From Acidobacteriota bacterium (lineage in GTDB: Bacteria; Acidobacteriota; UBA4820; DSQY01): DNA of 64,000 nucleotides. Under the pieces are notes generated by a model. That model searched no databases, was not told where the DNA came from, and saw only the letters and a program-made list of their open reading frames with translations. Where the stretch lies: positions 2,882 through 66,881 of the forward strand of contig JBAWEQ010000230.1 in the NCBI GenBank assembly GCA_049591295.1, written 5' to 3'. Position numbers and translations under genes: made by a program. Shown here piece by piece: positions 38,340 to 49,197 of the stretch (positions are counted from its first letter, which is position 1; the number at the start of each line of letters is the position of its first letter).

Positions 38340-41219
38340 ATGCGCGATTCACCACCTCTGGGCAGTTTTCACCGAGATCCGGCCCACCTGGCCGTCTATT
38401 CCCGGGCGGCCTGCATTTACAGGCGCCGCCCCGCCGGGGTCCTGTTTCCAAGGGCGGAAGAGGACCTGCAGTGGGCCCTCTCCTATGCGAGGGAGAACCG
38501 CCTGCCCTTGACCCTGCGCGGTGGCGGCTCGGGCCTGGCCGGGCAGACGGTGGGACGCGGCCTGGTGGCCGATGTCTCGCGGTGGATGAATCGCGTCCTG
38601 TCGGTGAACCCGGAGCGCCAGGAGGCCGTTGTCCAGCCCGGCGTGGTGCTCTCCGACTTGAATCGAGGCCTGGCCCCCCATTCTCTCCGTTTCGCCCCGG
38701 ATCCTTCCAGCCAGGACTTCTGCACGATCGGAGGGATGCTGGCCGACAATTCCAAGGGAGCCCGGTCCGTCAAGTACGGCCCCACCAGCGCGCACGTGAA
38801 GGCACTCGGCCTGATCCTCGCCGACGGCAGCCACCTCACCCTTGAGCGCGGGGCCAGGCGTCCGGAGGAATACGGCCACCCGGCGCTGGCCAAGGCCGCC
38901 GCGCTCATTGGGGGCAGGCGGGCCGATATCCTGGAACGCTGGCCCAGGAGCAGGACCAACGCCTCGGGATACAACCTGAAGGGCTGCCTGGGCGAGCCCG
39001 GCTTCGTAGACCTCGTTCCGCTCTTCATCGGTTCCGAAGGCACTCTGGCCATCTTCACCGAAGCCGTTCTCGATCTGACCCCGCTTCCCCTTCATCAATC
39101 CATGGTCATGCTCGAATTCGGCGACGTGGAATCGGCCGGACAGGCGGTGCTGGACATCCTGCCGTGCGGGCCGTCGGCCTGCGAAATCCTGGACAACACC
39201 TTTCTGGAGATCATCCGTGCCGGCTTGGGGACCTTCCCGCTGCCCGTGGACGATGGGGCGCGAACGATCCTCCTGGTGGAAGCGGACGGCGCCACGAGGG
39301 AGGAAGCGGAGGCCGGCATGGACCGCCTTCTCGAAGCCGCGGCATCGGCGCGCCCCACTGGCGTGCACCGAGCCGTCACTGCCACCGACCGGGCTGCCAT
39401 CTGGTCTTTCCGCAAGGCGGCCAGTCCTCTGCTGAACAAGGGCCGGGGGCGGCTGAAGTCCGTGCGCTTCATCGAGGATGGCGCCGTGCCCACGGAGGCA
39501 ATTCCGGCTTACCTGCACGGGGTGTCGGCGATCCTGGCCTCCCGGCGGATCGATTCGGTCATCTTCGGCCACGCGGGCGACGGGAACTTCCACGTGAACC
39601 CCTTCCTGGATCTGAAGGACCCCTCTCATTTCGCGCAGGTGCCGCTCATCGCCCGGGAAGTGGCCGAGCTGCTCTCCGGCCTTCATGGCAGCCTGTCCGG
39701 TGAGCATGGCGACGGACGCCTGAGAACCCCCTTCCTCCCGATGATCTATGGGGACCTCACGGACCTCTTCCGGCAGATCAAGCTGGCCCTCGATCCGGAC
39801 GAGGTGCTCAATCCGGGCATCATCGCACCCGCAGAAGCGGAACCCATGGATACCGGCCTCCGCTTCCACCCCGACTACCGGCGGGCTGCCCTGCCCGGGC
39901 GGCTCTCCGAGGAGTCCTGGGCCTTCGAGGCCGAGCGCTGCCACGGGTGCGGGACCTGCCGGGATTTCTGCCCGACGGCCCAGGCCACCGACCACGACCT
40001 CCTCTCGAGCCGGGGGAGGGGCCACCTACTGCAGGTCCTGCTCGACGGGGAGCTGAGCCCTCGCGATGCCGGCAGTCCGGAGGTTCGGGCCATTTTCGAC
40101 TCCTGCCTCGGCTGTTCCCTCTGCGCCATCCACTGCCCCACGGGGGTGGACATCGCCCCCCTCGCGGCGGCCTTTCGCGAAGTGTTCACGCCCCCCCTCG
40201 ACCGGATCAGGGATCGCTTCCTCGGCCAGGTTCCGTCGCTGGGGTACAAGACCGGGGCGAGGGCGGGCCGCCTCGCCCTGAAGGCCGGGAACCTCTTTCC
40301 CCTGCGCCATCTGAACGGAGCCCTGTTGGGTCTGAGGAGTGACCTCGATGCCCCCGAGATGGCGGGCAGGTTCGCCTTCGACCCGGGCCGCCTCTACCAC
40401 TATTCCGGTGATGGCGCGGGGAAGGCCCTTTACTTTTACGGGTGCTACGGCAACACCTACAACCCGGACGGCGAGGCGGAGCTGGTCGTGGCGGTCCTCT
40501 ACGCTCTGGGCGTCGAGGTCGTGGTTCCTCCCCAGGCCTGCTGCGGCGTGAGCAAGCTGACCCGGGGGCTCGTGGACGCCGCCGCGCCGGATGTCCTCTT
40601 CAACCGGACCTCCTTCCTGCCGTACATCCGGGAGGGATTCTCGCTGGTCGCCTCCGCCCCTTCGTGCCTGCTCGCCCTCGTCAAGGAGCAGCCGCGCTTC
40701 TTCCCGTGCGGCGAAGCTCAGGAGCTCGCCCAGGCCTCGACGGGCCTCTTCACCTTCCTGCTGGGGATTCTCAAGAGGCAGCCGGACAGGCTGCGTCCGG
40801 TGCCCCTGCGGGTGGTCTACCAGACCCCCTGTCACGGCGCCGTTCTCGGGAGCTTCAGGGACGAGGTGGAACTGCTCAGACGAATCCCGGGGCTGGAGGT
40901 GCTGGATGTGACGGCCGAGTGCTGCGGCCTGGCCGGCTCCTTTGGGGCGGAGTCCAGGCACGCCGGACTGTCGGAGGCCATCGCCTCGCCCCTCTACGAG
41001 CGGATCCGGCGCGCATCGCCCCAGGCCGTCGTGACGCCCTGCGGGTCGTGCAAGGCCCAGGACGAGAGCCACCTCTCCTGGCCGGTGGTTCACCCCCTGA
41101 CCCTGCTGGCCAGGGCGCTGGGAATCGAGGCGCCCGGGATCTCCGGCGCGCCGTGTCCCGCCAAGGGATCCCAGCCTCCGAAGCGCCACGCGGACCGCCT
41201 CCCGTCAAGTCTTCAGTAG
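38340..41219 (+). CDS. FAD-linked oxidase fused to 4Fe-4S dicluster and CCG domains (GlcD-GlcF/D-lactate dehydrogenase-like fusion oxidoreductase)
   Basis: 959 aa. N-terminal FAD_binding_4 and FAD-oxidase_C regions; two CxxCxxCxxxCP ferredoxin motifs (CHGCGTCRDFCP, CLGCSLCAIHCP); two C-terminal Cys-rich CCG repeats; GAAGGAG RBS. Confidence 0.85.
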   Translation: MRDSPPLGSFHRDPAHLAVYSRAACIYRRRPAGVLFPRAEEDLQWALSYARENRLPLTLRGGGSGLAGQTVGRGLVADVSRWMNRVLSVNPERQEAVVQPGVVLSDLNRGLAPHSLRFAPDPSSQDFCTIGGMLADNSKGARSVKYGPTSAHVKALGLILADGSHLTLERGARRPEEYGHPALAKAAALIGGRRADILERWPRSRTNASGYNLKGCLGEPGFVDLVPLFIGSEGTLAIFTEAVLDLTPLPLHQSMVMLEFGDVESAGQAVLDILPCGPSACEILDNTFLEIIRAGLGTFPLPVDDGARTILLVEADGATREEAEAGMDRLLEAAASARPTGVHRAVTATDRAAIWSFRKAASPLLNKGRGRLKSVRFIEDGAVPTEAIPAYLHGVSAILASRRIDSVIFGHAGDGNFHVNPFLDLKDPSHFAQVPLIAREVAELLSGLHGSLSGEHGDGRLRTPFLPMIYGDLTDLFRQIKLALDPDEVLNPGIIAPAEAEPMDTGLRFHPDYRRAALPGRLSEESWAFEAERCHGCGTCRDFCPTAQATDHDLLSSRGRGHLLQVLLDGELSPRDAGSPEVRAIFDSCLGCSLCAIHCPTGVDIAPLAAAFREVFTPPLDRIRDRFLGQVPSLGYKTGARAGRLALKAGNLFPLRHLNGALLGLRSDLDAPEMAGRFAFDPGRLYHYSGDGAGKALYFYGCYGNTYNPDGEAELVVAVLYALGVEVVVPPQACCGVSKLTRGLVDAAAPDVLFNRTSFLPYIREGFSLVASAPSCLLALVKEQPRFFPCGEAQELAQASTGLFTFLLGILKRQPDRLRPVPLRVVYQTPCHGAVLGSFRDEVELLRRIPGLEVLDVTAECCGLAGSFGAESRHAGLSEAIASPLYERIRRASPQAVVTPCGSCKAQDESHLSWPVVHPLTLLARALGIEAPGISGAPCPAKGSQPPKRHADRLPSSLQ

Positions 41220-41282
41220 GACGGGAAAGGGGCCGGGATGCCCCGGCCCCTTCTTGCCTCGCTTAGGGTGAGAGATCCTAGC

Positions 41283-43553
41283 TCAGGAAGCCTTCAGCAC
41301 GTTCAGGGCGCTGCCCGCCCTGAACCACTCGATCTGCTCCGCGTTCAGCGAGTGGCGAAGGGGAAGCTCCTCGCCCGTGCCGTCGGCATGGTGCAGGACC
41401 GCGCGCACCGGTTTGCCCGGAACCAGCTCCTTCAGCCCCAGGATGCTGATGCGATCGGTTTCCTCGACCTTGTCGTAGTCTTGCGGATTGGCGAAGGTGA
41501 GGGGGAGGATCCCCTGTTTCTTGAGGTTGCTCTCGTGGATCCGGGCGAAGGAGCGCGCGATGACCGCGGCCGCGCCCAGGAAACGCGGGGACATGGCCGC
41601 GTGCTCCCGGCTGGAGCCCTCGCCGTAGTTCTCGTCCCCCACGGCCACCCAGCGCAGGCCCTTGGCCTTGTACTCCCTGGCGGTCTGGGCGAAGGGCTCG
41701 CCCTTCCGGCCAAGGAGTTGGTTCAGCCCCTTCCCCGGTTCGCCCGAGAATGCGTTGACCGCGCCGTTGAACATGTTGTCGCTGATCTTGTCGAGGTGGC
41801 CCCGGAAGCGGAGCCAGGGCCCGGCCGGGGAAATGTGGTCGGTGGTGCACTTCCCCTTGGCCTTCAGGAGGAGCGGAAGCTCCGTGAAGTCCTTGCCGTC
41901 CCAGGCGGGAAAGGGGGTGAGGATCTGGAGGCGCCCGCTGTCGGGGGCGACCCTCACCGCCACCGCCGAGCCGTCGGAGGCTGGCGGGGCATACCCCGCC
42001 GTGTCCTTCACGAAGCCCTTCTCGGGAAGATCGGGGGCGCTGCCGGGCGCTTCCAGAGCGAATTCCGAGCCGTCGGGAGCCCTCAGCTTGTCGGTGACGG
42101 GGTTGAAGGTCAGACGGCCCGCCAGGGCGTAGGCCACAACCAGCTCGGGGCTGGTGAGGAAGGAGAGGGTCGTGGGGTTGCCGTCATTGCGGCGCGGAAA
42201 GTTGCGGTTGAAGGAGGAGATGATGGAGTTCTTCTCTCCCGGCTTGAGGTCGTCTCTTTTCCACTGACCGATGCAGGGGCCGCAAGCGTTGGCGAGGACC
42301 AGGGCGCCGATGGCCTCCAGGGCGGCCATCTGTCCGTCCCGTTCGATGGTGGCCCTGACCTGCTCGCTCCCGGGAGTGACCATCAGGGGCACCGCGGTCT
42401 TCATGCCCCGCGCGGAGGCCTGGCTTGCCACCTGGACGGCGCGGCCCATGTCCTCGTAGGAGGAGTTGGTGCAAGAACCGACCAGGGCGAAGGTCAGGGC
42501 CTCCGGGTACCCCTCCTTGGAAACGGCGGCCTTCAGCTCCGAGGTGGTCCGGGCCAGATCCGGCGTGTGGGGCCCCGTGACGTGCGGCTCCAGCTTCGAG
42601 AGGTCGATCTCGATGATCTGCTCGAAGAACCGGGCCGGTTCAAGCTCCACCTCGGGATCGGCGCCCAGCAGCTCGGGGTGCTTCCGGGCCAGGTCGGCCA
42701 GCGCCGTCCGGGCCGTGCCGCGGAGGTAGGCATCCATGCGTTCATCGTAGGGAAAGACCGAAGTGGTGGCGCCCAGCTCGGCGCCCATGTTGGTGATCGT
42801 ACCTTTGCCCGTGCAGGAGAGGGCCCTGACGCCGGGCCCGAAGTACTCCACCACGCGGTTGGTTCCTCCCTTCACCGTGAGGATGCCCAGGAGCTTGAGA
42901 ATCACGTCCTTGGGGCTGGTCCAGCCGGAGGGCGTGCCCGTGAGGCGCACCCCCAGGATCTTCGGATGCAGCACCTCCCATGGGAACCCGGCCATGACGT
43001 CCACGGCGTCGGCGCCCCCCACGCCCGAGGCCCACATGGCGAGTCCGCCCGCGTTGGGAGTGTGGCTGTCGGTCCCGATCATCATGCCGCCGGGAAAGGC
43101 GTAGTTCTCCAGGACCACCTGGTGAATGATGCCCGCGCCCGGTTTCCAGAAACCGATCCCGTACTTGGCCGAGGCGGATGCGAGGAATTCGTAGACCTCG
43201 CGGTTCTCGTCCAGGGCCGTCTTCATATCGGCGCCGGCACCGGCGTGGGCGCGAATGAGGTGGTCGCAGTGGACGGTCGTGGGCACCGCGACGCTCGGCC
43301 TGCCCGCCTGCATGAACTGAAGGATGGCCATCTGGGCCGTGGCGTCCTGCATGGCCACCCGGTCCGGCCGAAGGGCGAGGTAGCTCTTGCCGGGCTCCAG
43401 CTCGGCCCGCTCGGGGTTGTCCAGGTGGCCGTAGAGCAGCTTTTCTGCGAAGGTGAGAGGGCGCCCCAGGCGTCGCCGGATGACCGCCAGGGCGGCGGCC
43501 GTCCGATCATAGGTCCGGGCCACCAGCTCGGGGGTCGTTTCGATGGTCGGCAT
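41283..43553 (-). CDS. Aconitate hydratase (mitochondrial-type aconitase family, ~757 aa)
   Basis: Aconitase cluster-ligand and active-site motifs ([30 protein letters not shown]); start at ATG 43553 with AAGGAG RBS. Confidence 0.9.
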   Translation of the reverse strand: MPTIETTPELVARTYDRTAAALAVIRRRLGRPLTFAEKLLYGHLDNPERAELEPGKSYLALRPDRVAMQDATAQMAILQFMQAGRPSVAVPTTVHCDHLIRAHAGAGADMKTALDENREVYEFLASASAKYGIGFWKPGAGIIHQVVLENYAFPGGMMIGTDSHTPNAGGLAMWASGVGGADAVDVMAGFPWEVLHPKILGVRLTGTPSGWTSPKDVILKLLGILTVKGGTNRVVEYFGPGVRALSCTGKGTITNMGAELGATTSVFPYDERMDAYLRGTARTALADLARKHPELLGADPEVELEPARFFEQIIEIDLSKLEPHVTGPHTPDLARTTSELKAAVSKEGYPEALTFALVGSCTNSSYEDMGRAVQVASQASARGMKTAVPLMVTPGSEQVRATIERDGQMAALEAIGALVLANACGPCIGQWKRDDLKPGEKNSIISSFNRNFPRRNDGNPTTLSFLTSPELVVAYALAGRLTFNPVTDKLRAPDGSEFALEAPGSAPDLPEKGFVKDTAGYAPPASDGSAVAVRVAPDSGRLQILTPFPAWDGKDFTELPLLLKAKGKCTTDHISPAGPWLRFRGHLDKISDNMFNGAVNAFSGEPGKGLNQLLGRKGEPFAQTAREYKAKGLRWVAVGDENYGEGSSREHAAMSPRFLGAAAVIARSFARIHESNLKKQGILPLTFANPQDYDKVEETDRISILGLKELVPGKPVRAVLHHADGTGEELPLRHSLNAEQIEWFRAGSALNVLKAS

Positions 43554-43701
43554 GGCTTTCTCCTTGATCGATTTCATGCCCAGTCTATCGTAAAACGTGG
43601 ATCGGGGCGAATGATTCCGCGGGATGGAAGAGCCTGGCGAGAGACGCGGGATGTGGGAGGCGAAACGCGAGGCGCGAGACGCGAGACGCAAAGAGGCTTC
43701 T

Positions 43702-44697
43702 TCATTCCCTTTGCGGTCTGTCGGGAGGGATGACCTCCACGCCCAGCTCCTGAAGGAGCACGCTGGCGTAAGAGCCGGGCGGCAGCTCGAAGGACAGGAA
43801 CGCCGCGCCGCTTTCCATGGTGAGCGCGATGGGATCCGCTGGAACCCGCAGGAACCGCCTCGTGCCGGGCACGCGCGATGCGCCCAGGCTGCCGGGAGTC
43901 AGGCCGTGGGAGGCCAGAACTCCGCACTCCAGCCGCCAGGCCTCCCCGCAGGGCCTTGCCATCTTGCCTCCGAAAATGGGCCCGGTGGGGGAGATCTCCA
44001 GTCGGGCCACTCGACTTCGGAGGGGCTCGTCCACCTCCTCTGCGACGAACTCGCCGCCCGAGTCGTGCCGCTTCATGAGGTCGCCGGACAAGGGCCAGGG
44101 CCAGAGGCCTCGCGCCCGCCGGAGAGCCAGGAGCTCGTTGAAGAGGAGGGCCTGAAAGACCGAGACGGCAAAGCGCGACCGGCGGAAGGCGCCCGGGCGC
44201 CTGATGCCCAGAAAGGTCCTGTGCCCCTCCTCGATGGCGGAGCCGTCGGCGAAACGCTGGGGGCCGAAGGCGTTGGCGAGGCCGTCGGCTTCGATGCGGC
44301 GGCACCCCTCGGCAAGCGGTCCCTCCTCATGGCCTCCCTCCAGCTCGACGCGGATGGAGAAGCGGTTTCCTGCCAGCTTGCCGGTCCGAAGCTTGTGGGG
44401 GTGCTGGATCGCCGAGAGCACCTCGCAGCCCAGCTCGCGAAGCACGCGCTCGGCCTGTCGGGCCGCGTGCCTTGGCAGGGAGAGGGTCTGCACCGACACG
44501 GCGTCCCGGTCCTTCATCCCCGCGCAGCCCAGATCCTCCTCCTTCAGGCGCAGGCGGCGCTGGAGCTCCCTCAGGAGAAAGGGGGTGGACATCCCCGAGC
44601 GGCGCACCGTGAGGTAGAGGTGGTCCCCCCGGCCGCTCGGGGCGAACAGCGGCAACTCCTCGACGGTAAAGGTGGCGGGGGACTGGCGGAAGCGCAT
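43702..44697 (-). CDS. truD: tRNA pseudouridine(13) synthase TruD
   Basis: 331 aa; TruD-family catalytic region ..[11 protein letters not shown].. and overall architecture. Confidence 0.75.
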   Translation of the reverse strand: MRFRQSPATFTVEELPLFAPSGRGDHLYLTVRRSGMSTPFLLRELQRRLRLKEEDLGCAGMKDRDAVSVQTLSLPRHAARQAERVLRELGCEVLSAIQHPHKLRTGKLAGNRFSIRVELEGGHEEGPLAEGCRRIEADGLANAFGPQRFADGSAIEEGHRTFLGIRRPGAFRRSRFAVSVFQALLFNELLALRRARGLWPWPLSGDLMKRHDSGGEFVAEEVDEPLRSRVARLEISPTGPIFGGKMARPCGEAWRLECGVLASHGLTPGSLGASRVPGTRRFLRVPADPIALTMESGAAFLSFELPPGSYASVLLQELGVEVIPPDRPQRE

Positions 44698-44790
44698 GGC
44701 AGGGCCTCCCCAGGGATCAGCCGGCGCGGCGGCCGATATGCCTGATGAAGGGGGGATTCGAGGGAGGGAGCTCTGGACGGCGCGATCGCC

Positions 44791-45942
44791 TCATTTCAGG
44801 AAGGGCTCCAGCTCCTGGAGAAGGAGCAGGGCGGGCACGCCGGTCGCCTCGCTGAGGGCGCGGAGGTCCTCCCACTCGACGTGGGAGCGCCGCGCGCCGG
44901 AGGGCGCCGTGATCCGTTTCACTCGCAAAGGTCCGCGGGGCGTGGCGACCGACTCGACCTGACGGGGCAGCTCTCTCCGCTCCCAGCGGGTGAAGCGCAC
45001 ACCCGTGGTGGTGGTGTGCTCGAGGAGGAGGTCTGAGAACCGGGCCTCTTCTCCTACCCCGCACAGAAGCGTGACGATCCAGGCGGAGCGTCCCTTCTTG
45101 GCCACGACGGGGGTGAGAAAGAGGTCGAGCGCACCCTGTGCCCGGATCGCCTCCAGTGCTCCGGCCAGGAGCTCGGGGCTCATATCGTCCACCTGGGTCT
45201 CGATGACGGCCACCGCTCCGTCGGTCGGCTCCTCGGCCACGAGCAGGGCCCGCAGAACGTTGGGGGCGCCTTCGGAGTCGTGGGAGCCGGCGCCGTACCC
45301 CACGCCGGCGATTCTCCCGCGGGGCAGCGAACCGAATCGCCGGGCCAGCGTCACGGCCAGGGCCGCGCCGGTGGGCGTGGTCCTCTCCAGGGGAGCGCCG
45401 GCGCTGAAGACCGGTACGCCCTTCAATATTTCCACCACCGCCGGAGGCGGCACGGGGAAGGTGCCGTGTTCCATGGTGGTGAAGCCGCTGCCCAGGTTCA
45501 TGGGGCCGCATTCCACCTCCGGCCGGCCGAGGGCCTCCCATGCGGCGCACGCGCCCACGATGTCGGCGATGGCGTCCGCCGCGCCGACCTCGTGGAAGTG
45601 CACCTTCTCCACCGCGACTCCGTGCACCTTCGCCTCGGCCTCGCCCAGCCTTCGAAAGGCCTCGCAGGCCCGCTCCGAAACGGCTGCGGGCAACCCCGCC
45701 CCTCCAATGAGGGAGAGTATGGAGGAAAGGCCTCGATGGCCGTGCTCAGCGGGCATCTCCACGCGGCCGTATGTGGCCGCGAGGCCCTGCCTGCGCACCT
45801 TTTGGAAACGAAACGCCAAACCTCCCATGCCGAGTCGTCCCAGTGCGCCGTTGACGGCCTCGGGCGCCGCGCCGGCGTCCACGAGGGCGGCCACGGTCAT
45901 GTCGCCGGCCATCCCCATGAAGGGATCGAAGTAGAGGATCAT
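44791..45942 (-). CDS. larC: Nickel-pincer cofactor biosynthesis / nickel insertion protein LarC (DUF111 family)
   Basis: Start at internal ATG (MILYFDPFMGMAGDM...), the typical LarC N-terminus; the extended N-terminus from the ORF track is rejected. Confidence 0.75.
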   Translation of the reverse strand: MILYFDPFMGMAGDMTVAALVDAGAAPEAVNGALGRLGMGGLAFRFQKVRRQGLAATYGRVEMPAEHGHRGLSSILSLIGGAGLPAAVSERACEAFRRLGEAEAKVHGVAVEKVHFHEVGAADAIADIVGACAAWEALGRPEVECGPMNLGSGFTTMEHGTFPVPPPAVVEILKGVPVFSAGAPLERTTPTGAALAVTLARRFGSLPRGRIAGVGYGAGSHDSEGAPNVLRALLVAEEPTDGAVAVIETQVDDMSPELLAGALEAIRAQGALDLFLTPVVAKKGRSAWIVTLLCGVGEEARFSDLLLEHTTTTGVRFTRWERRELPRQVESVATPRGPLRVKRITAPSGARRSHVEWEDLRALSEATGVPALLLLQELEPFLK

Positions 45943-46098
45943 GGTTGAAGCCTCGCGGAAAGCGTGACAAAAAGACCAAGGACCGAGGACTGAGGACCGA
46001 CTGGGCAATTGGCAGCGAGCGTGCTTTTCATCGTCATTGGATCCGCACCCTTTTCCGTTTCGTTGCGAGCACGCAGCGCCCGGCACGCAGTCCTCATC

Positions 46099-46881
46099 CT
46101 ACGAGATCCCCTTCGCCTTCTCGTCCCCAAGTTCTTCCAGAATGGCCGTCCGCGCCCGCACGAGAAGGTCGTCTCGATCCTCGTAACCCAGGCCTTCGGT
46201 GGAAATCGGCTCCAGGAAAGTGACGCGGATGGTGTCCGGCCGCACCGTGAAAACATGGCGCCCCTGCACCCTCCGCGCACCGTGGATGACGAAAGGCACC
46301 AGCGAAACGCCGGCGTCGATGGCCAGTACGAAGGGACCCTTCTTGAACGCCATCAGCTCATTGTGCGTGCTGCGCGTGGCCTCCGGGAAGAAGACGAGGC
46401 TCATCCCCATTTTGCGGATGCGCTCCGCGAGCCTCTTCATGGTTTGAAGGGACTTGTGGCTCCGTCCCCGGTCGATGAAGGGGAAGCGGCTCGCCCAGAG
46501 GGCCCAGCCAAGAACAGGCACCCACTGAAGCTCCTTCTTCGGAGTAAAACGGAAGCGGTGGTCCCTAAGGGCCAGGACCATGACGTAGATATCGAAGTTG
46601 CTCGTATGGTTTCCTACCAGCACCCGGGCCTCGTTGCGCACCAATCTCTCCATCCCCTCGATCTCCAGGCGGACGCCCGCCACGCGCAGGATGGACCGGG
46701 ACCAAAGCCGCGCGAGAAACAAGACCATGTCCCCGCGGCTGATGGGAGAGAGAAGAATGGCGATGGGGCCGAGGATGAGAACCCCCGCCGCCATCACGGC
46801 GTGGGTCGCCAGACTGCGGACGAGGGAGGCCTGGGGTGCATCGGCGCGGTCCGAGGCCAGCGCCATGTCGTCACTCGGCAA
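46099..46881 (-). CDS. plsC: 1-acyl-sn-glycerol-3-phosphate acyltransferase (lysophospholipid acyltransferase)
   Basis: HxxxxD motif (NHTSNFD) and FPEATRS motif. Start is TTG at 46881; alternative ATG at 46866. Confidence 0.8.
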   Translation of the reverse strand: MPSDDMALASDRADAPQASLVRSLATHAVMAAGVLILGPIAILLSPISRGDMVLFLARLWSRSILRVAGVRLEIEGMERLVRNEARVLVGNHTSNFDIYVMVLALRDHRFRFTPKKELQWVPVLGWALWASRFPFIDRGRSHKSLQTMKRLAERIRKMGMSLVFFPEATRSTHNELMAFKKGPFVLAIDAGVSLVPFVIHGARRVQGRHVFTVRPDTIRVTFLEPISTEGLGYEDRDDLLVRARTAILEELGDEKAKGIS

Positions 46882-46946
46882 AGGGACACCCCTCCACTAC
46901 CCGATTATACACGGCTGCCCGAGGCGATGGCGAGTCCGGGTCCCCC

Positions 46947-47648
46947 TCACCCCACCATGGCGGCCATGATGTGCAGCGGCAGCGAGATGAAAAGAAAGGA
47001 GGAGACCGCCAACAGGGGCTGCAGGACAAAGTTGAGCAGGGGCGTGAAGAAGATCAACAGCAGGAGGATGGGACCGTAACGACGGATTCCCTCGTAGAAC
47101 CGGTGGACGCCGTACGGCAGGAGGGCGGAGAGGATCCAGGAGCCGTCCAGTGGCGGTATGGGGATGAGGTTGAAGGTGGCGAGCACGAGGTTGATCATGC
47201 CCAGCTGGAGAACCCACCAGGGACCGCTGTAGCGGGTGCCGAGCTGATCGAAGAGGCTGGCGGCCGGCATGAAGAACAGGAACGTCCCCAGGATCAGGGT
47301 GGTGAGCAGGGTCAGGAGCAGGTTGCTGATGGGACCCGCGGCGCCCACCAGGGCTCCGTCGCGGCGAACGTGCTTGAAGTTGCGGCTGATCACGGGTACC
47401 GGCTTGGCCCACCCGAAGATCGGCCCTCCCAGAAAGGCCATGACCGCGGGAAGAAGGATGGTTCCCAGCGGGTCGATGTGGGGGATGGGGTTCAGGGTGA
47501 TCCTGCCCAGCATGCGGGCGGTGTGGTCCCCGAGTTTGTCGGCCATCCAGCCGTGCGCGCTCTCGTGAACCGAGAGGGAGAACAAGATGATGAGGACCTG
47601 CAAAATGATGGTGAGAACGCTTTGTGGGGTGAGGTCAATACCGTGCAA
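46947..47648 (-). CDS. Site-2 protease family (peptidase M50) membrane metalloprotease
   Basis: HESAH zinc-binding motif in TM1 and a second conserved LDG motif; TTG start with AAGGAG 8 nt upstream. Confidence 0.8.
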   Translation of the reverse strand: MHGIDLTPQSVLTIILQVLIILFSLSVHESAHGWMADKLGDHTARMLGRITLNPIPHIDPLGTILLPAVMAFLGGPIFGWAKPVPVISRNFKHVRRDGALVGAAGPISNLLLTLLTTLILGTFLFFMPAASLFDQLGTRYSGPWWVLQLGMINLVLATFNLIPIPPLDGSWILSALLPYGVHRFYEGIRRYGPILLLLIFFTPLLNFVLQPLLAVSSFLFISLPLHIMAAMVG

Positions 47649-47671
47649 CGGTGATCTCCTTGAGGTGGCGG

Positions 47672-48781
47672 TTAGAGCCGCATGGGGGCGAGGATGGTCT
47701 CATCCAGAAGCGGGGCCACCCGGCGGATTCGCTCCCCGCGGTCCCCGCCCGAGGCCCGAATCTCCACTGCATCCTGCTCCCTTCCATCGGAGTAGCGGGC
47801 CACGATGGCCGCGCACAGGGCCTCCTCCGCTTCGGATGGGAGGGACTCGTCGGTGACGGCCACGGGGCCCTTCACGGCAACGGCCTCCAGCCGCACGCGG
47901 CCGGCGGTGAAGCGCTCGAGGAAGAGGTTCTCCTCCTCCCTCCGTCCGAGAACCAGCTTCAGGGTCGGCGAGATCCGGAAGTGCCTTCCCACCTTGAGGA
48001 GGGCCACGTCCTCCCAGCCCATGCGCTCCTTGCCCCTGTGCGTCATCTTGTCGCGGAACTTTCTGGTGTAGTTCTCGTCGGTCAGGAAGCAGCAGCCCCC
48101 CGCCGGGGAGGGGTAGTCGGTGATGCCGCGGGCCTCGACGAGGTCCATCTGGACTCGTCGGCCCCGGCCGCGGATGGACAGGAGTTTGGACCGGTCCACC
48201 ATGCCCTGGCGCTCGGGCGCCGTGGCCTCGAGGAGCTGCGCCGACAGGGGGCGGAGGAGCCTGTCGCCCAGTCCGGACTCGCGCTGGATCACGCGCATGG
48301 GGTCCTTCCTCTGGCTCATGGGCCGCTGGCCCAGCACCTCGCCCGTGGCCACGAAGTCCGCACCCTCCTCCTCCATGAGGGCCTTGGCCTTCTTGAGCAT
48401 GTGGGTCCGGCAGTCGATGCAGGGGTTCATGTGGGCGCCGTAGCCGTGCTTGGGGTTGAAGACCACCTCCAGATAATCTTCGGAGAGGTCCACCATCCGG
48501 ACGGGAATCTTCAGGTCGGCGCCGGCCCGGAGAGCCTCATTCCTCAGTTTCCTGGGGTCCTCCTCCACGGAGGCGGTGGCGCGCTTGTGGTCGGAGACGC
48601 AGAATCCCGTTGAGAAGTGGACTCCCACCACCTCAACGCCCTGCTCTTGGAGGATCCTGGCGGCCAGCGTGGAGTCCAGGCCGCCGCTCATGAGAACGAC
48701 CGCCTTGGGGCGCTTCGCTGGACGCTCTACCGATTTTTCTTGAGCGGCCGTAATGGAGGCCGGTGTTTCATTCTCGCTCAT
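47672..48781 (-). CDS. PP-loop ATP pyrophosphatase of the ThiI/tRNA-sulfurtransferase type, lacking THUMP domain, with ~140-aa C-terminal extension
   Basis: SGGLDS PP-loop at residue ~31; ThiI-like CxxC...EEGADFVATGEVLGQRPMSQ...RPL block. Confidence 0.65.
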   Translation of the reverse strand: MSENETPASITAAQEKSVERPAKRPKAVVLMSGGLDSTLAARILQEQGVEVVGVHFSTGFCVSDHKRATASVEEDPRKLRNEALRAGADLKIPVRMVDLSEDYLEVVFNPKHGYGAHMNPCIDCRTHMLKKAKALMEEEGADFVATGEVLGQRPMSQRKDPMRVIQRESGLGDRLLRPLSAQLLEATAPERQGMVDRSKLLSIRGRGRRVQMDLVEARGITDYPSPAGGCCFLTDENYTRKFRDKMTHRGKERMGWEDVALLKVGRHFRISPTLKLVLGRREEENLFLERFTAGRVRLEAVAVKGPVAVTDESLPSEAEEALCAAIVARYSDGREQDAVEIRASGGDRGERIRRVAPLLDETILAPMRL

Positions 48782-49197
48782 GCTCGTCCACCCTTCAAGA
48801 TAGTAGCATACACGCTCACGCTCGGGTTCATTCCCTTCGCCCCCGAAATTCTGCGTTGGGGATGCTGTTCCTCCGGTGGCGATTGTGCTTCACCGAAAGA
48901 AAGGACATTTTCTGTGAAGAGGGAGGGCCATTCCCTCCCCCTCCGCAGGCAAAGTCTGACGGAGGGACCCCCGCCCTTGGAGGCCTTCTTCCCCAGATCC
49001 AGTCCGGGGTCGAAGGCCCCCACCAATCCCTAATCAGGTGAAAGGCCATTTGCGTAAAGCAACGAGTCAACGCCGTTTGGGGCCTCCCTTTCAGTTCGAT
49101 CGCGGGATTGGGGTTGCCCGGCGTCGCTCGTCCTGATACGGGGGCGTGATAAAATTCAAGCCTTGGACGATTGCGGACAGAAGGGAGGCGGTGCGTG

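Noticed and set aside
38349-40025. 558-aa minus-strand ORF antisense to the FAD/Fe-S fusion gene
   Set aside because: No motifs; opposite a gene with clear domain structure and a strong RBS.
41238-43733. 831-aa plus-strand ORF antisense to aconitase
   Set aside because: Aconitase homology on the minus strand is unambiguous; the antisense product is low-complexity.
47672-48781. Calling the PP-loop ATPase LarE because of the nearby larC
   Set aside because: The core sequence block (CxxC...TGEVLGQ..SQ...RPL) matches ThiI rather than LarE. The LarE-substitute idea is retained only as speculation in the findings.
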